From Bacteroidota bacterium (lineage in GTDB: Bacteria; Bacteroidota; Bacteroidia; UKL13-3), in NCBI GenBank assembly GCA_947456185.1, contig CANGPW010000004.1:1-61660 (forward strand): a DNA stretch of 61,660 bases. The letters run 5' to 3'. Below, in pieces: positions 59,527-61,660 of the stretch; position 1 is the first letter of the stretch, and every line of letters begins with the position of its first letter. Both the position numbers and the translations under genes were made by a program. The notes under the pieces were generated by a model. The model saw nothing but the letters and a program-made list of their open reading frames with translations. It ran no database searches and was not told the DNA's origin.

Positions 59527-59572
59527 ATTCAATTTCCGAATTTCAAAAAAATTTATTCAATTATATTATCAC

Positions 59573-59609
59573 AAAAAAAGGGCAATTGAAATATGATCAA
59601 TTGCCCTTT
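59573..59609. terminator. Terminator after nusA (convergent with GT2)
   Basis: AAAAAAAGGGCAATTGA-7nt-TCAATTGCCCTTT. Confidence 0.85.
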
Positions 59610-59630
59610 CTTACATTATCAATTTTAAAT

Positions 59631-60866
59631 TTACTCGAATTCAGCTTCAAGAATACGTTTAATTTCAACTATTGTATCTTCCTCTAAATCAGTTCTACGC
59701 ACTAAATCTTCGTTTGAAACCGCTAAAACCGCTTTGGCTGTATCTAAACCTGTATTTTTTAACTCATCAATAATCCAACTATCAATTTCGTCTGTAAATT
59801 CATCTAAATCTATGTCATCTCCTTCACTTTCACCATCACGATAAACATCTATTTCATAACCTACCATTTTTCCAGCAAGTTTTATATTATTACCACCATT
59901 ACCAATGGCTAAGCTCACTTGGTCTGGTTTTAAGAACACGGAAACGCGTTTGTCAGCTTCTTCGACTTTAATGCTCGTAATTTTAGCAGGACTTAAAGCA
60001 CGAGTAACTAATAATTGTAAGTTATTGGTATAGTTAATTACGTCAATATTTTCGTTACGTAATTCACGAACAATTCCATGAATACGACTACCTTTCATAC
60101 CAACACATGCTCCTACTGGATCAATTCTATCATCATAACTTTCTACAGCTACTTTAGCACGTTTACCTGGTTCACGAACAATTTTTTTGATGTTAATTAA
60201 ACCATCAATTATTTCTGGAACTTCAAGTTCAAATAATCTTTCTAAGAATAATGGAGAAGTACGAGATAATATAATTCTAGGGCTACCATTATGCATTTCT
60301 ACTCTTAAAACAATTGCTTTAATTGATTCGCCTTTTTTATAATGATCAGCAGGAATCATTTCAATTTTTGGAAGTAATAATTCATTGCCTTCTTCATCCA
60401 GCACCATGATTTCTTTTTTCCAAATTTGATATACTTCACCACTAACTATTTCGCCAACTTTATCTTTATATTTCTTGTATAGTTCGTCTTTCTCTAATTC
60501 CAAAACTTTTCCTAATAAGGTTTGACGAGCTGATAAAATTGCTCTTCTACCAAATACGGCCATTCCAACTTCTTCAGTTACATCTTCTCCAATTTCAAAA
60601 TCGGGTTCAATTTTAACTGCATCACTGTATGAAATTTGTGCTCTTGGATTTTCTACTTCACCATCATGAACAATGTTTCTATTTTGCCAAATTTCTAAGT
60701 CACCACTTTTATCATTTATAATAACATCAAAGTTATCATCGGTAACAAATTTTTTGCGTAACATGGTTCTAAATACATCTTCAAGCACGCGCTGAAGTGT
60801 TGCTCTGTCAATGTTTTTAAATTCTTTAAACTCATCAAATGAGCTTATCAGTCCTTCACTATGCAT
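59631..60866 (-). CDS. nusA: Transcription termination/antitermination factor NusA
   Basis: FGRRAI, ILSRT, EVPEI, REPGKRAKVAV, DPVGACVG.KGSRI, SLAIG.GG.NIKLA. Confidence 0.98.
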   Translation of the reverse strand: MHSEGLISSFDEFKEFKNIDRATLQRVLEDVFRTMLRKKFVTDDNFDVIINDKSGDLEIWQNRNIVHDGEVENPRAQISYSDAVKIEPDFEIGEDVTEEVGMAVFGRRAILSARQTLLGKVLELEKDELYKKYKDKVGEIVSGEVYQIWKKEIMVLDEEGNELLLPKIEMIPADHYKKGESIKAIVLRVEMHNGSPRIILSRTSPLFLERLFELEVPEIIDGLINIKKIVREPGKRAKVAVESYDDRIDPVGACVGMKGSRIHGIVRELRNENIDVINYTNNLQLLVTRALSPAKITSIKVEEADKRVSVFLKPDQVSLAIGNGGNNIKLAGKMVGYEIDVYRDGESEGDDIDLDEFTDEIDSWIIDELKNTGLDTAKAVLAVSNEDLVRRTDLEEDTIVEIKRILEAEFE

Positions 60867-60921
60867 ATTCTATTTTGTTGTTTTTATTTTAATTCTTAAA
60901 TTATTTTCTAAATACTTAAAA

Positions 60922-61386
60922 CTATTTAAAGCTTATTTGAACAGTACTTTCTTTTATATCGTTAATATTTATATCCTTTAAAATGGTATCTTTTGCTTTA
61001 TAATCCTTCTTGGTATCTTTTAAATGAAGTGTAATAATATCACCTTCTATTTTTACTAATTTGCCTAATAATTCAGTATTTTGCAATAAAACAACTTTCA
61101 ATTCACGTCCAATATGTTTTGGATATTGTCTAAAAAGTGTCAATGGGTTTTCAGCACCTGGTGATGAAACTTCCATTGTATAAGGCTCTTCTCCATACTC
61201 CATGGCATCTAAATGGCCTGACAAATGTTTACTTAACATTCTGCATTCATCTATGCTTACTCCATTATCTCCATCAATAAAAATACTTACTTTTTTACTG
61301 CCAACTTTCCATTCTATATTTACTAAAAACAAATGTGATGATAAATACTCATTTGTCCAAATTGTTAATTGCTCTATTATATCCAT
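60922..61386 (-). CDS. rimP: Ribosome maturation factor RimP
   Basis: IDGDNGVSIDEC, YTMEVSSPG, RQYPKHIGR; start re-placed at MDIIE. Confidence 0.95.
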   Translation of the reverse strand: MDIIEQLTIWTNEYLSSHLFLVNIEWKVGSKKVSIFIDGDNGVSIDECRMLSKHLSGHLDAMEYGEEPYTMEVSSPGAENPLTLFRQYPKHIGRELKVVLLQNTELLGKLVKIEGDIITLHLKDTKKDYKAKDTILKDININDIKESTVQISFK

Positions 61387-61395
61387 TTTAAAAAT

Positions 61396-61423
61396 AAAAG
61401 AGGGGACTTTTGTCCCCTCTTTT
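61396..61423 (-). promoter_or_regulatory. Leader hairpin / attenuating terminator of rimP-nusA
   Basis: AAAAGAGGGGAC-AAAA-GTCCCCTCTTTT(ATTTTT) between TACTTTTG (-7, 61441-48) and ATG 61386. Confidence 0.75.
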
Positions 61424-61512
61424 TCATAACTAATACGTTTCAAAAGTAAACATATTTTCTAATAAAGCAAACTTTTTAAAAATAAGTTTCTAGAGTTAGT
61501 TGTTTTAAACCA

Positions 61513-61660
61513 TTATCTTAACAAAGTAACAGAACCAGAATATTGGTATTTTTTACCACTAAAACTGCTTGCAAATATTTGGTAAACGTATGCATCTTGC
61601 TGACATTCGCCTCCTGATTTCATGTCTGTTCCATCCCAACCTGTATTTTTTGGCCAAGTA
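61513..61660 (-). CDS. 3' end of a T9SS type-B (gliding-motility-associated CTD) substrate; gene starts beyond window
   Basis: Own translation: ...GWDGTDMKSGGECQQDAYVYQIFASSFSGKKYQYSGSVTLLR*. Confidence 0.85.
   Translation of the reverse strand, partial: TWPKNTGWDGTDMKSGGECQQDAYVYQIFASSFSGKKYQYSGSVTLLR

Overview
AT-rich Bacteroidota chromosomal core region, judged from TAnnTTTG promoters, T9SS C-terminal domains, gld genes and the split atp operon. Gene order: lon (5'-truncated), TPR protein, ACMSD-like amidohydrolase, gpmI, M43 metalloprotease (T9SS), aroC, lipoprotein, DUF2279-like protein, dcw cluster (mraZ-rsmH-ftsL-ftsI-murE-mraY-murD-ftsW-murG-murC-ftsQ-ftsA-ftsZ), T9SS cargo, gldA-gldF-gldG-DUF4340, DUF4397-repeat T9SS cargo, acyl-CoA dehydrogenase, PorV-like barrel plus beta-propeller lipoprotein, nfu-mrp, purD, OlsF-like acyltransferase, deoxynucleoside kinase, RluA, panB, lipoprotein, dnaK, a RelE/ParE toxin-antitoxin pair, DEAD helicase, atpZ-atpI-atpBEFHAG, an unannotated 40-aa lipoprotein, GT2, rimP-nusA (no infB) and the 3' end of a type-B T9SS substrate. 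I saw no rRNA, tRNA, CRISPR, integrase or transposase. The most unusual signal is non-coding: more than a dozen 7-8 nt tandem arrays with a consistent polarity (G-containing units just after stop codons, C-containing units just before starts/promoters). Related arrays also lie in frame inside murC, murG and mraZ. Other signals are several REP-like hairpin families, a GC-rich structured spacer element, three sigma54-like promoters, MraZ and DnaA-like boxes and a rimP leader terminator. All family assignments are from motif recognition by eye; no searches were run.
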